Positions 32,544 through 45,314 of a stretch of 64,000 nt of DNA are shown here, piece by piece (the stretch's first letter is position 1; each line of letters starts with the position of its first letter). The position numbers and the translations under genes were made by a program. Below the pieces are notes generated by a model. That model was not told where the DNA came from. It made no database searches and saw only the letters and a list, made by a program, of their open reading frames with translations. Where the stretch lies: positions 2,966,656 to 3,030,655 of the forward strand of contig CM082596.2 in NCBI GenBank assembly GCA_040954595.2, given 5' to 3'. The stretch comes from Balanoglossus misakiensis (taxonomy: Eukaryota; Animalia; Hemichordata).

Positions 32544-35500
32544 ATGGGGCTGTTCATTGGGATTTCAATGCGAGTGCTGGTTGCTTTAGTGGCCGTGATG
32601 ACTTTTTGCGCCATCACAAGCGTCGAGTGTCAATCAAATGGTACGTAGTTTTTCTTAATTGATCTTTTAATCGATAATTAGCCATTTATATAGACACAAT
32701 CATTCTTGTATAACCTATTGTTTTTCGTATTCAAAAGTAAACTCTCTTTTCTATAAATTGGAAGTCACACGCAGGTACAGGTAATAATCTTTGCCCGAAA
32801 GTGAAAAATCATAGCAGATACAGCATATCTCGCGTATCTCATATTTCTCAATTTCTTTCAAAAAAATTCAGACACATATATAAGGAGGAGAAATGCCACA
32901 AATTGGGCTAAATCGTTGGCTGCTAAGATTTCAAGAACTGAACTAGTAAAAATGAAGAACAAGCATTTTATGTTTCTGCAGTGCCAACATTGTTTTGAAC
33001 TACTTGCAGTCATAAAATGTCAGACAAGTTTATTATAAGTAATCTATGCCATTCATTTTAACACACAAGAAACGATTAGAACAGAAATGGATAACATTAT
33101 TTCTGATTATTTTAGGCTCATACATTTTCATTTGGGCACCAAATTGCCAAAGACACAAAAACGAACTGTCTGAGTGAAAACTTGGAATAAGTGAACAGCC
33201 GTGTAATATTAAAATATTTTTTTGCATTATCAGAGTATAGAGTATCATACAATGCGCCTAAAATGCAATTGTTATATCTATTATAGATAAAGTATTAATA
33301 TATTATACAGTTACTTATTTCATGGATAATACTCTACAGGGGATAAAATAATTCCCGGAGCATACATCACGATGTTTCAAATTTCAATAAGCAGACCGCT
33401 AATCGAAACTGTCTTGAAGATTATCCTTTTACGGATTAAAAATTTAAAGGCCGAGCACCCATGGCGCCTAAATAAAGGAACTACAAGAAATCAACCACAT
33501 ATAATATTGTAACCATGCCATTCTGAGACATAATATAAACACTGTAATTTCAATGTGTCAGTTGATCACTTTATGAACTCCACGAGATCCTGCGAGACCT
33601 CGCGTGGTTGCGCAGATGACCATTTTCATAAAGAGGGCGTCCTTCTAGAACATGGCGCTATTTCCAAGCAGATGACGGTATGAGTGGTTTGATTACATTG
33701 TAATATATTCCACAGAACTAATGTATTCGCTTGACAACGAAAACATGATACACCAGCGAGACGGCATGGAGGGCAATTGGAAGGTGCTGCTCCAAGGCCC
33801 TAACGATAAACTGACATCATTGACTACGCTTGAGAGTGGAATGATCATTGGCGTAACAGCAGCTGACCATAAAATGGTCACGAGGTCAACTTCAGACCAG
33901 AAGTGGAGTTTGCCTGTTGCAGATAGCTGCTGCGTGATAGATGTCACAGTCATGGCAGACGGTACGCTTGTCGGTATTAGTACGGACCAACAAATGTGGA
34001 CACAGCCTGGACTGGTAGGGCCCTGGGACGGCCCGGTGGCCGACAGTTGCTGCATGACCTCCATATCAGCGACGCCCACAGGCAGGTTTCTTGGCATTGA
34101 CACACTCGGTGAACTGTGCAAGCGACCAGGCATACTAGGGGTGTGGTCCTGTGCTATGCTGACAAATGGAAATCTGCCACTACACTTCATCGACGTGTCG
34201 GTTGGTGAAGATGGCCAGGTAGTTGCCACCACAGAAGATTGCGAAGTGCTAAACATTTTGCACAACAATTATGAAAACTGGAGGACGGATATCATCCATC
34301 AGAAACATCATAACTGTATACGTGCTACATCGTTTGTCCGATTAGGTAACTTAAAGTTAATTTATCATTTTAAAGCCCCACGCACGTGCTGCCACATTTC
34401 ACATGTTTCTTCAACAATAAAATAATTCATATTTTCTCCCATATCCTTTAAAATTCTCACCATTAAGCCATATTTCTATTGTATTTGCATCAGTTTTTCT
34501 CTTGTCAAATCACAGTCGCGTGGAAGTTCAGCGTTGTTACACAGCTAAAACTGAATATGTAATCTATTAGCATGCATCATCCATCAAATAATGAAAGATG
34601 GTTACAAGGTCTTGTGTCGAGTAACTCCATCCAAAGTGGACGTTCTACCAAAAACAAACAGCAACTTCTATATGAGGAAAACCTCCCTTAACCAACAGCC
34701 CCCTCCACTTTTTAACAGATTCAAATCGATTACAACTGTCTGGAAAAGTTCTGAGATTTGATTCGCCCTCAGTCACATCCCATGTCAAGTTTAATGGTAT
34801 GGTACCTGATATGCACACAATGTCCATGTGCCTCTGGGTCAAAATGGAAGGCGCGGAAGCCGATCAAGCCTATGGCATCATATCATATGCAACTCCGTCA
34901 AGCAATGACGAGATAGTCCTGAGATATGCCCACGAGGTTTCTGCTCAGGACAAGATGCAAGTGTACAAGTGGAATATCGTGGTACGAGGAAAGATGTATG
35001 ATTTGGTGATGGAAGAACACTCGCCTCAGTGGACGTTCTTGTGTCTGACGTGGAGCAGTCACGGGACGCCCTTGCTCTTTCTGAACGGGGCACAGAGTGA
35101 ACTTGAAGGTGACACCAGCCGAGACACCAGCGCCCAGATCGAAGGCCGCGGCATCCTGGTACTTGGGCAGCTCCAGTACACCTACGGTGGTAGTTTTTGG
35201 CCTCAGACGTCATTCGTAGGGGAGCTAACCGAATTCAATCTCTGGGATCGATCTGTCACCAGCCAAGAAATGGAACGGCTGAGGCTAAATGGTTGTGGAG
35301 TCGGTGACAATGATGCCATTGTGTCCTGGGCTAACTCACCATTCGTAATAAGAGACGTCCAGGAAATCACAGAAAACGATGATCAACGTAACATAAGATG
35401 TAAGTGTGCGTCTGTATTTCCGAAACAAAAGTGCACTTAACGACAATTCCTAGTCAGATTTTTGCTTGTATTGTGGCCGAGATAGATGGTATGTAAATTG

Positions 35501-38500
35501 ATTGTCACTAAGTCAAGTTTGAGCAAAATAAAAGTAATGAGTATATGTGTTAGCTATGAATATAAGAGTGAACACAGATGTCTCAGATGTTTTCGTGGCC
35601 TTAAAGATCAACACCTTCATGCACAGTTTATCACAATCAATCTTGAATAATTAATTGATCTTTTTCCTTGGCCCGGTGAAGTTATGATTGGATATATGAT
35701 AACTCTTAATCAGGTTTTCAAGTCCAGAACATCGCGTATGAAAAGGCAATTGACGGCGATGAATCAGAGACCAATTTCTTCATTGATGGAAATCCCGACA
35801 CCTGTGCACATTGGCAGAGCACTGTGATAATTGACTTGGGCACACATCATACTGTTGGTCATGTTGTCATCGTCCTTATGATGATACCGCTGTTCCATTT
35901 AGGTATGATATTCAACAATACTCCTTCTGTTATGGAGAACACAATCTCGATCTCTCTTATTTGTTTGTCAGCAAGCTTCGATTACATTGTTTCCAAGAAG
36001 AAGAAATTGGCCGGATGCTGCAAACTATCAACTTGTCACACGTCGACAGCAGTTTACATTTTTCTCGTGTTTTTTTGTTTAAATCACAGAAGACACCCAT
36101 GATGTCACCCCCGCCATTGGCCTGGGTAATCAAAGTCCAGTTGGTTGTTCACAAAATGGAAGAATGGAATCTTTACCTTATGTTTACCTCTCATTCTTTT
36201 GTCAGTATAACGTCGGGCAATATGTCTCTATCGAGTTTAAAAATCCTTATTTCAAATTACTGTGTGAAGCAATAGTTAGAGGCCAGCCAGGTAAGTTATA
36301 TCGTACGTCCTTTAATTTTCTCTGTGCAAAGGAGGGCAAATGAATTTTTGTAAATTCATTTACTAAGTATGTATATTTAATGCCGGTTTCTTGTGAATAG
36401 CAAACAATGTCTTTGCAATAATGTGAGGGTTATATAAATATGGTTCCATAATATTATTATAATTATTACTATTTCTTAGAAATGTGACAATTAGTTAAAT
36501 AGAAACAATGTGAGTTTTACGCGAGGGCGTATGGTTGGCAATTAAAACTAAAATACCTGACACCACATCAACCGATAACGTGTTCAATTCATTAGATACA
36601 GTATTGACGGCAGCGCCTGCAGTCCACAACTGTACTGGATACAAAAACATCACCAACACAACCCTGCCAGGTTTATCTGTCGGCCAAGCATGGTGGGAGA
36701 ATCACCCAATCATAACTGCGACACATTCTGTGATGTGTGACCGCCAACCAGGGACCCATTTCCCAATTGGAGCAACGGTCGTGACCTGCAGGCCAGAGAG
36801 TCGAGACTTGGATGACAAATTTGACGTCTGCTCCTTTAATGTAACCATCCAAGGTAGGCTACTTGTTACAGAGGAACTTCCTCAGCAACGGATTTAGAGA
36901 AAAACAATAGTCCTCCACATTTGTTATTCGCAATAATTTGTAAGGCAATTTAGCTCTCTCATTAATTGTGGTAACCTCTAATTTTTTATTCTCGATTTAA
37001 CAAGAGAATTATCTGAAGTTGCCTTGAGCAAAATTTAAGAAAAAGTTAAAGTCTGGTTTTCTCAGTCGTTTAACAAGTAAAAATGAAAAATTTACTGCTC
37101 TGTAAATTACTTTCGTACAAATGGATTTTAAAAAAACTCATCGCTCTACGTTTTTGATTAATGTTACAGATTTGGAGAATCCTTTGATTACATCAAATTG
37201 CAGCAACATAGAGATGCCATTGTCTCCCCCCTCAGCACCTTGCATGCCCGTCTCTTGGGAGGAGCCCATCGCGCAAGACAACTCTGGTGACGTTGCAGTG
37301 AACGCCAGCGCCAAACCTGGAGACTGTTTCCCACGGGGTACAACAGAAGTGACGTACGAGTTCCGCGACCCGTCAGCCAATCAAGTGGCGTGCTCTTTCA
37401 ACGTGACAGTTGGAGGTAATACACAAATGGGACAAATCTTGCATACCACGCATGTGGTACAGAAACCTTTTGATTTTGAACGTTAACGCCCCAATTGCAA
37501 GAAGCTCAAATTGTTACCATGAATAATTTAAATGCTTACCAGCGCCATTCTTTCCTTGCAGGGCCGTGTACTCTAGACCTCAAGCGTGGAAATTCCATTT
37601 GGAGAGGAACTGTTCTCCACGGCAAAACTGTGACGGCCTCCTGTCGTCATGGATGGAAACCTGATAAAGCACACGGAATCGAATGTTATGATGGCAAACT
37701 GAATGGAACGATGCCAATCTGTGTTGGTCTGTAACATTTACTCAAAATTGACCAATGTGTGGAAACATGTGCACCTGTGTGGTGATTTATGTATGTGTGT
37801 CTGTGTGTGTGTGTCAGTGACTGTGTGTGTCTGCCTATGTATGTATGTATGTATGTATGTATGTATGTATGTATGTATGTATGTATGTATGTATGTATGT
37901 ATGTATGTATGTATGTATGTATGTATGCATGCATGCATGCATTTTTTTCGCATGTTATTCTTGCGTTTTATGCCAATTATGTTCTTGCAAGTCTGACGCA
38001 GTTTGACATCTGACTCTCGCTTCAGATGTTGACGAATGTTTGGAGAATTTGCATGCCTGTGATGTCATCAACGGGTATGAACATTGTGAGAACAACATCG
38101 GAAGCTACTCCTGCACATGTGCATCAGAGTATAAGAGGGAAAAAGGAAGATGTGTTCCCAATTCTGTCAACAATGATGATGTATCTGCAGACGGATCCTC
38201 GTGCACCATAGGTAAATACAGAAGCAGATCTAGCTGCTTGAATAAAACATTTTCTGACATAAAACGATAATCTGCATCGATATAGTAATATTCAAAATAC
38301 GATGAATAAATTAATTGTGCCATATTACCTTCAGGTGATAGATTGAAGTCATCTCTCCAGTGTCATACAGCCAAGTAGACAGCGGACGTGTAGGAGTCCA
38401 ATTCAAGAAAATTTGATTGAAGACATCGATTCCTGGAATCACCAATGCAGAAAAATAAATCAAAGGGAGATAATCACTGAATAATGGGATTGATATATTC

Positions 38501-41500
38501 TTACATGTTCTGATTACTGTTTCTCACAGGCGAATCAGACAATTTTTGTCCCAAGCAAACCGATGACTTTGGTATTTCGTGGCCCAAAACGAAGACCACT
38601 TGCACCACTGACTGGCATCGGTGCCCAAATGGCACAAGAGGTGTGTTGTCCTTCTCAGAAGGATAAAATAATTAAATGAAATTTATAATATAATACAGTA
38701 TATATCTTAATAATCAGCCTTCTACCGAGAAGAAATGTATGAGTTACAGTAATTGCATATATCCTATATCCTATACAGGTTTCATCCGTCGTAAGTGCGA
38801 TCTATATGGACAGTGGGCGAACGTTGATTCAACGTTCTGTCAATCAGATATCTTATCTGGGATTTTAGAAGAGGCAAGTCTAGGTTATTTAAAAAGATGT
38901 TTTTGCAACACACAATGTACGTCTAGTAATCGCCAAACAATGACTTCCAAACAACGATTTTGACTTTAAATGGAATAGATACTCCATCTGAAATCTGAAA
39001 TCTTGTTAACATGCAGAGTAAGAACATTACGTCGCCTTCACAAGCCAGGGCACTGATTGACGCGACCACACAGATCATGGCCGTCCGAAATGACACTATG
39101 GGTGGAGATGTTCTTCTAGCCACTGATATACTGCTCAAAGTGGAGGAACGCGATCCGATGGCCATGAGTGGACCCGTTGAAATTAAACAGCGATACCTGG
39201 AAGTGAGGCCCGGAAGGACTGTTTATATTCTCATGTGGTGTTGTTGTGTTGTGTTGTGCTGCTGTCTTTTCTATATACAAACAACTTCGCCCCACCTACC
39301 CCAAAAAACAATTATAACCACTTGTCCACAACAGCATCTGAAAGAAGCTTGATGCTACATTAATTGTCTTCTATATTCTATTTTAATTGTTATACATGTT
39401 ATAGGGATATGTTGAAACAGCCAATCACCTCCTAGCCGCGGACAAACAGAGTTATTGGCAGACTATCCATAAGGTAAGACATCATCACTAATTTTGTATT
39501 TCATACTATGCAAGGAAGTCCTTAAATACATGTACATGTGTACATGCATGCGTATTTATCAAAATCTTTTGATTATACTCTTTTAGGTCAGAAGTTTAGA
39601 CAGAGGCTCCATCAGTGTTTTTGAAGCCCTCCGTGTATTCGGTGACCATGTGAACACGCTTCTGCAGACGGAAGACCTAACTGTATACATGAAGTATGCT
39701 AACTTAGGTAAATGACAAAACAGTTCTGTCATATAAGATACGTATTTCCTTCTCTATCTATACATTAACACTTATCTGTATTATAAAAACTGATTTTTAC
39801 CCTGTCACAGAATATCATGCTTTCCGAACAAACAATGCAAATATCAAAATGGATTCGCTAACTTTGACACGCGGTGGACGACGGCAAAGGAGAAGTGTGG
39901 ACGGAGCCAGTGACGTCATGACTACTGACGTCACAATGTTGTCAGACATACTCGACGGATCGTCCAGTAAGTACATACTCTAGTCCAGAATTGAGGATGA
40001 TACATGTACTAGCATATCATAGACTGGACCATAGTGGTGAATGGGTGAAGCGTGAGACATACATATCTACATCAATTGCATGAAGAAACTGTATGTGTCA
40101 TGCACTTGTAATATACACGGCATTCTTTACAAATAATATTCAATTTAATTACTGCAATTTTTAATGTCTTAGGCAATGTATCACCATACAAACAGTCAAG
40201 ATTTTAAAAAAATTGTTGGTGCTCTTTTCAGATGTTTCTGTCATCGTTGCATTTGTTTATCAAAATCCTGTTGACATTCTACCAGTCAAGGCTGAAAGGT
40301 TAGTAGGAATATATCTATCCATATTTAAGGGGGGTCAATATATTTATTGTGAATGACATTCCCTGTATACGTATTATTGATATTTCAGCTCAGTGGAGAG
40401 ACAGTTTGTCAAGTCTGTCACTGCCATAAAGAAAATACAGAAAGTGAACAGCCCTGTTGTGTCTGTCAGGATGTACAGTGGTGGCAGAGTTTCCGAGAAA
40501 AAAGAATCTATGATTCTGAAGATTCCACACAAGAAGGTAAGTCACACAGCATTTACAAACCTTTCAATTGGTAGTATTGTACTGGCAGGGCTCAACAATT
40601 TTTTTTCGTTGGTTATTAGACGCAACATGCATCAACATCATAGTGTGTTTTTGTGTTCTTTCATGTTCTCAGCCTGGCTATGATCCAAAATGTGTAACAA
40701 TGCAAAGCCGTGGACACTCGCAGTGAGTATAACTTAAGGAGGAATTTGCCACAAAACCATACACTTGCTTAATTCCTGTACTAAATTTAGAAATACGATA
40801 AGGTACATTTTGCGTCGTGATTTCTCTCTGATAAAATCCTCAATTGTTGTTTGTAAGGGTTTGGAAATACAATGAATGTACTCTGATTGAGTCACAATCC
40901 GGTGCAGACTACACGTCATGCAAATGTCCCCAACCAACCATTGTTGCTGTCGTCACCACAATGGGCAGGAAACCAGTGGTAAATATCCAATTAATTTTAT
41001 CTCTGATGTTTACGTAGCTCAATGATTAATTTTCATGAAAGACCGCGGTTGTTGAAACCTGGTGTTAATATATCCAGAGTCTTTCAGGTTTTATAGATGA
41101 AAACTATTCTTTCCAAATATTTAATTGCAGCCATTCTTCATTTCCGCAAGGGATGTGATCATCACCATCGCTAACGGTCTCTCGTTTCTAATGATCCTGA
41201 TTTCCGTTGTACTCTTAATTCTGTCTGGGTAAGTAGATCATCATCATCAGGTTACAATGGTAACGTTACTTCTTGCACGAAGTGTGGAAGAAAATAAATA
41301 CATTACAGTCCAGATTGGAGCAACAGAACTTTTTTTCAAATTACAGATTGGACACGGAGCAGTATTACGTGATTCGTCACTACACAGTAGCATTTATGCC
41401 GATGCCTTTTTTCGTGTTCCTTGGGAAAGTTATTACAAGAACTGCACTGGTAAGTTTGAAATACTGTAACTTGAAAAGAAAGCTGAAACACGTCCAAATA

Positions 41501-43851
41501 TTTCCCCCTGTAATATTCAATCCACCAATCCACATTATTATGTTTCAAACAATTCCAACATGCTTTTGTCTGTAGGTCAACAACATCTCCTCGGCAATGA
41601 TTCTGTTCTCCTTTCTGGCTACAAATACCTGGACACTGAATGTGGCAGTCGAGTTGTACAGACGACTGGCTTGCAACATCCACACCAGCAAATACGGCAG
41701 GTAAGAGTTTATCGTCCAGGTAGCTCTTCCAACTTCGTACACACCCTATTCTTTGAACCAGACTTTGTAATTTACGGGTTTCTGTGTTTTGTCAGCTTCA
41801 TTTTCATTTTTATTCAACGTTTACATACAGTGGTTTTATGCTTCCATGGATTACTTTGACGATATGTTTCCAATGCAACGTTTACAACCGTCATGGTTAA
41901 TGTAGAGAACTGCATTGAGATATCTGTTATTTGGCTAATACAAACATCATAGGATTAATTTATATGTGGATTGATCCATCCCTGGATTTTTTACATGTAT
42001 AATCCTATCTTAACTATAGAATAAAGTATTTCGTCAGTGGATGGGCTTTACCCTTGGCGGTAACACTGCTTTCCCTTTCGATAAGTTTGGACATCTACAA
42101 TGAGAGAGATAGGTGAGTATAGACTCTCATATTATGGAATTTTTAAACCCTACTCTTGGTTATAACCTTAGTGGTAATGAAGTTTCCTCCATATTATAAG
42201 TCTATATGTGAAAAAAGGTAAATTAACTATACAAAATGAATTTTTCGAGAAAGAAGTCATCTCACATTCATATCATAAACTGTAATATTGCGACAGCCCT
42301 GCCATATGACCCAGAAAGTTACTTTACGATAAAATTGCATAGGTGGCTTATGAATACTTTTGATATTGTTTCAGGATCTGGTTCCCATTGGTATCTTATG
42401 TTACTGTCCCCTGTGTTATTATTGTGACTTTGATGAATCTGGTACGTAATATATGTTGTATGTTTATTGCATGTACCGTATGTGTGTGTACTTTCGATCT
42501 GCCTGTAACTACAGTCTTGAGTTGTCATTGTTACACCATGATTCTTTTCACCAATCAACACATATCTGGATTATCACAGGCAAGCATCATCCTTTTCGTT
42601 CTGACGAAGCGTGAATTCGATCAGCAGAGAAGACTGTATGAATTTGCAGAGTGGCACAAGTTCTGGTATGTACCATATTTTGTGATTGGTGGCGTTATTT
42701 CATGCTGCAGACTTCTTGGAATTTTAGAGAAAAACTAACAATACTTTCCGTGCAAATTTTAGGGAGGACTTGCGGACAGCAATTCTGTCTTTACCCGTAA
42801 CGGCACTGACTTGGTTGGCAGGAACCCTTTTTTGCAACAGCAATGACCTCCTTTCTGGATATGTTTTCGCTGGATCCTCGTTTAGTTTGGTAAGTAAAGC
42901 TTGCTGTTAAAAAAGATGGCAATTTCACTACCAACTTGTACTTTTAATAACAGTACCACGTTAAATCATTCCTATGTCTCACTACATTGTTTTTTTCCCC
43001 TCCAGGGTGCGTTAATCTTTGTGGCTGTATGTGCGACCAAAGTCAAGGTGAGAGCCATTAACAATTAACTTTTATGGGCGACTCTTTCTTCCCGCGCTAA
43101 AATATCCACCAGTTCTAGTTCGCAATGCCAGTCGTCGCGAGACAACACTTTGAAGGACCGTGTGGGGTCAGGACAACCTGGGCACAGTAGTCCACTTCGT
43201 ACAAACATCATTTGCTCATTATACAAAGATTTTTACCTATCATTGACGTAGGAATATAATCACCGAATTATGATTTATCATTAAAGCACAGGCTTTATTG
43301 TCCCAAAGAAGAATGTCTTTGGAGCTGCTGTAGGCACGCAGACATCAAACTATATGTTCCCCATTCTCTCTGGCTTTAAGGTGTTGCAGGCTATACGGAT
43401 ACGGTTCAGTAAAGATGACGATGAACGGGAAGTGTTTAAAGAATCCATGGAGATTGAGCATGCTCGATTTGACGTACGGAAAACAGAACGGGATGAGCTG
43501 GCGATGATAAGAAAAGAGGAACGCCAGAAAGAGTTGGAGACCAAAGAACGGAAGAAGCATATCCTAAAATTCCTGCATGGGGTATGTCTCTACGGTATTC
43601 ATTAATATCTATGATGATATATTGTCTGGTTACCTGCCGCCTGCATGCTCGTCTGCCTGCAGCTGGCCATTGATGCCAGACACTGTCCAGTTAGCTGGCT
43701 TACTCTGTCTTTTAGTAAACATTACACACAGCATTGTCCATATTAATGTACATACATACATACATGTGCATACAAGCGCACACATATATGTTTTGATAAT
43801 CATCATTTCTGTTTTATGTCTTGACAGGAGGACAAGTCAAAGACAACATAA
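32544..43851 (+). CDS. Adhesion-GPCR-like receptor, paralog A (about 1580 aa, 29 exons): signal, beta-propeller (tectonin/tachylectin-like), pentraxin, F-type-lectin/F5-8-like, HYR x2, sushi, cbEGF, HRM, GAIN/GPS, 7TM, charged tail
   Basis: Exons 32544-32640, 33716-34345, 34719-35399, 35714-35902, 36090-36290, 36596-36853, 37170-37415, 37562-37726, 38026-38211, 38530-38640, 38779-38873 (GC donor), 39017-39202, 39405-39473, 39587-39707, 39811-39966, 40232-40298, 40389-40536, 40673-40722, 40858-40978, 41131-41228, 41347-41449, 41576-41700, 42020-42112, 42375-42441, 42580-42665, 42763-42889, 43006-43047, 43381-43581, 43828-43851. Joined length is 4743 nt with no internal stop. HRM: CP...WP.T....RCP.G..G..RRKC...GQW.....C. 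GAIN: [11 protein letters not shown]: C..WKYNEC...TSCKC. TM4: GWALP. Confidence 0.88.
33575..33617 (+). mobile_element. Short interspersed palindromic repeat, copy 2 (partial)
   Basis: gaactccacgagatcctgcgagacctcgcgtgg. Confidence 0.6.
37836..37927. repeat. (TATG)23 microsatellite
   Basis: Perfect tetranucleotide run in an intron of paralog A. Confidence 0.97.
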
Positions 43852-44338
43852 ATACTTTTGAAGAGCATCGGAGACTGGGTCCTCGTCAGAGAAGCGTTTC
43901 AAATTGGTTCTTAGACTAGGAGGTTATCAATGTGGAACTTTATGGTTTTACCAGTACATTTAAGGTTTAATCTTGTAAAAATCGATTCACCTTCAAATTA
44001 CAGAGTTTTCACTTTTAGCATAGCATCGTATTTATGGAGGAAATTTCAGAGCATCAGTAATCAAACTTGAGTGTGCATGCCAATAATTGATTTCTTTAAA
44101 GATCTCATGTTATGTATGCATGACCCCCAAAATATCAAATATACTTTTTTCATAAATCATTCATTGTATCTTACGGTGTGGTATTAGAACGGACTAGATT
44201 GATTTGACAAATTTGTTCAAGAGAGCAAGATCTGCCCAATTTGAAGACTTGAAGTGCCACCTTAGTATATTATCCTTTTTCTGTGTAAATTAAAAGATAT
44301 TGTGTTGTGACATTTAACAAGTATAGAAACTGTTATTC

Positions 44339-44344
44339 AATAAA
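44339..44344 (+). promoter_or_regulatory. Candidate polyadenylation signal of adhesion-GPCR paralog A
   Basis: AATAAA about 490 nt after the stop codon, followed by GT-rich sequence. Confidence 0.35.
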
Positions 44345-44986
44345 TGGATGTTGTGTATACTCGCAGATCGTAGCATGTCAGCTTTATTCTTATGGCGATG
44401 ACCGTTGTGTTGATATTATGTGCACATGAACATTTCGAGAATGATTATTGAATTCCGTCAATGTTTTTCTTTCACGTGTGTGAATCATTCCTCTGCCCTG
44501 TTAGGGCGTGCTTTCACATTCATCTTCTTTTGGCATCTTTTGTGAAAATTTCAAGAAAAGGACAGTATTGCAGCAATGTTTTCTCAAAATTCTACGTGTG
44601 TGGCTATGGAATGTGATAACCACGCACTGCATCTTGGTAGTCATCTAGGTATGACTGTGGTACGTAGTCAGTGAAATAATATCGAGTGCGTCATGAAATC
44701 CTCTGGGATTGTTTCACCCATTTGTATTCTAAATAAGTAATAAGACTGGAATTAATTGGTATAATAACATTGCTGATTGATCGGTTTGGACGCGTGACTT
44801 TCTGTGTGATTAAGTATTTGACATTACAAATAAGCAACAGCCTGAAGCGTTTGATGACAGAGTTGAGACAAATTTGCATATTTGGCATAGCTTGTCATAA
44901 TAAATTGCAATTATATACTCCTACTGGTTGTCATTTTGTAAGAAGAGTTCGGTGCCGCACGTACCAACTCTTTCTCGGCTGTGAAG

Positions 44987-45283
44987 ATGACTAACTTCAA
45001 CAGTTCTCAAAAGGTAGTCACAGTCCTGGCCGTACAACTTCTGACAATTGGGATATTCGTGCCTCTACAAATTTTGGGTGTTACTGGTACATGTGATACT
45101 GATAAAATTAAAAGTAAGTGTCATTCATGGTCATCAAACATTTTACCAGCCACCTCTGCATGCATGCTGACAATGAGCCAGCCATTTGAAACAAGTCTTT
45201 GTTGGCTACGTCATCGGTAATCTTTCTTATTGTATGAGAAAAGTGATGTTTCTTATGTGTGTGTGCCTGTCTGTCTCTATCTG

Positions 45284-45314
<31 letters not shown>

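Noticed and set aside
33693-34268. 191-aa minus-strand ORF (also 652-1056, 37138-37380, 49417-49644)
   Set aside because: Antisense shadows of real plus-strand exons, with no recognisable motifs of their own.
37686-38013. ORFs with MYVC/HTYI repeats (also 45294-45509, 3755-4175, and the IYLS run in 51416-51673)
   Set aside because: Translations of (TATG)n and (CTAT)n microsatellites in introns or intergenic DNA.
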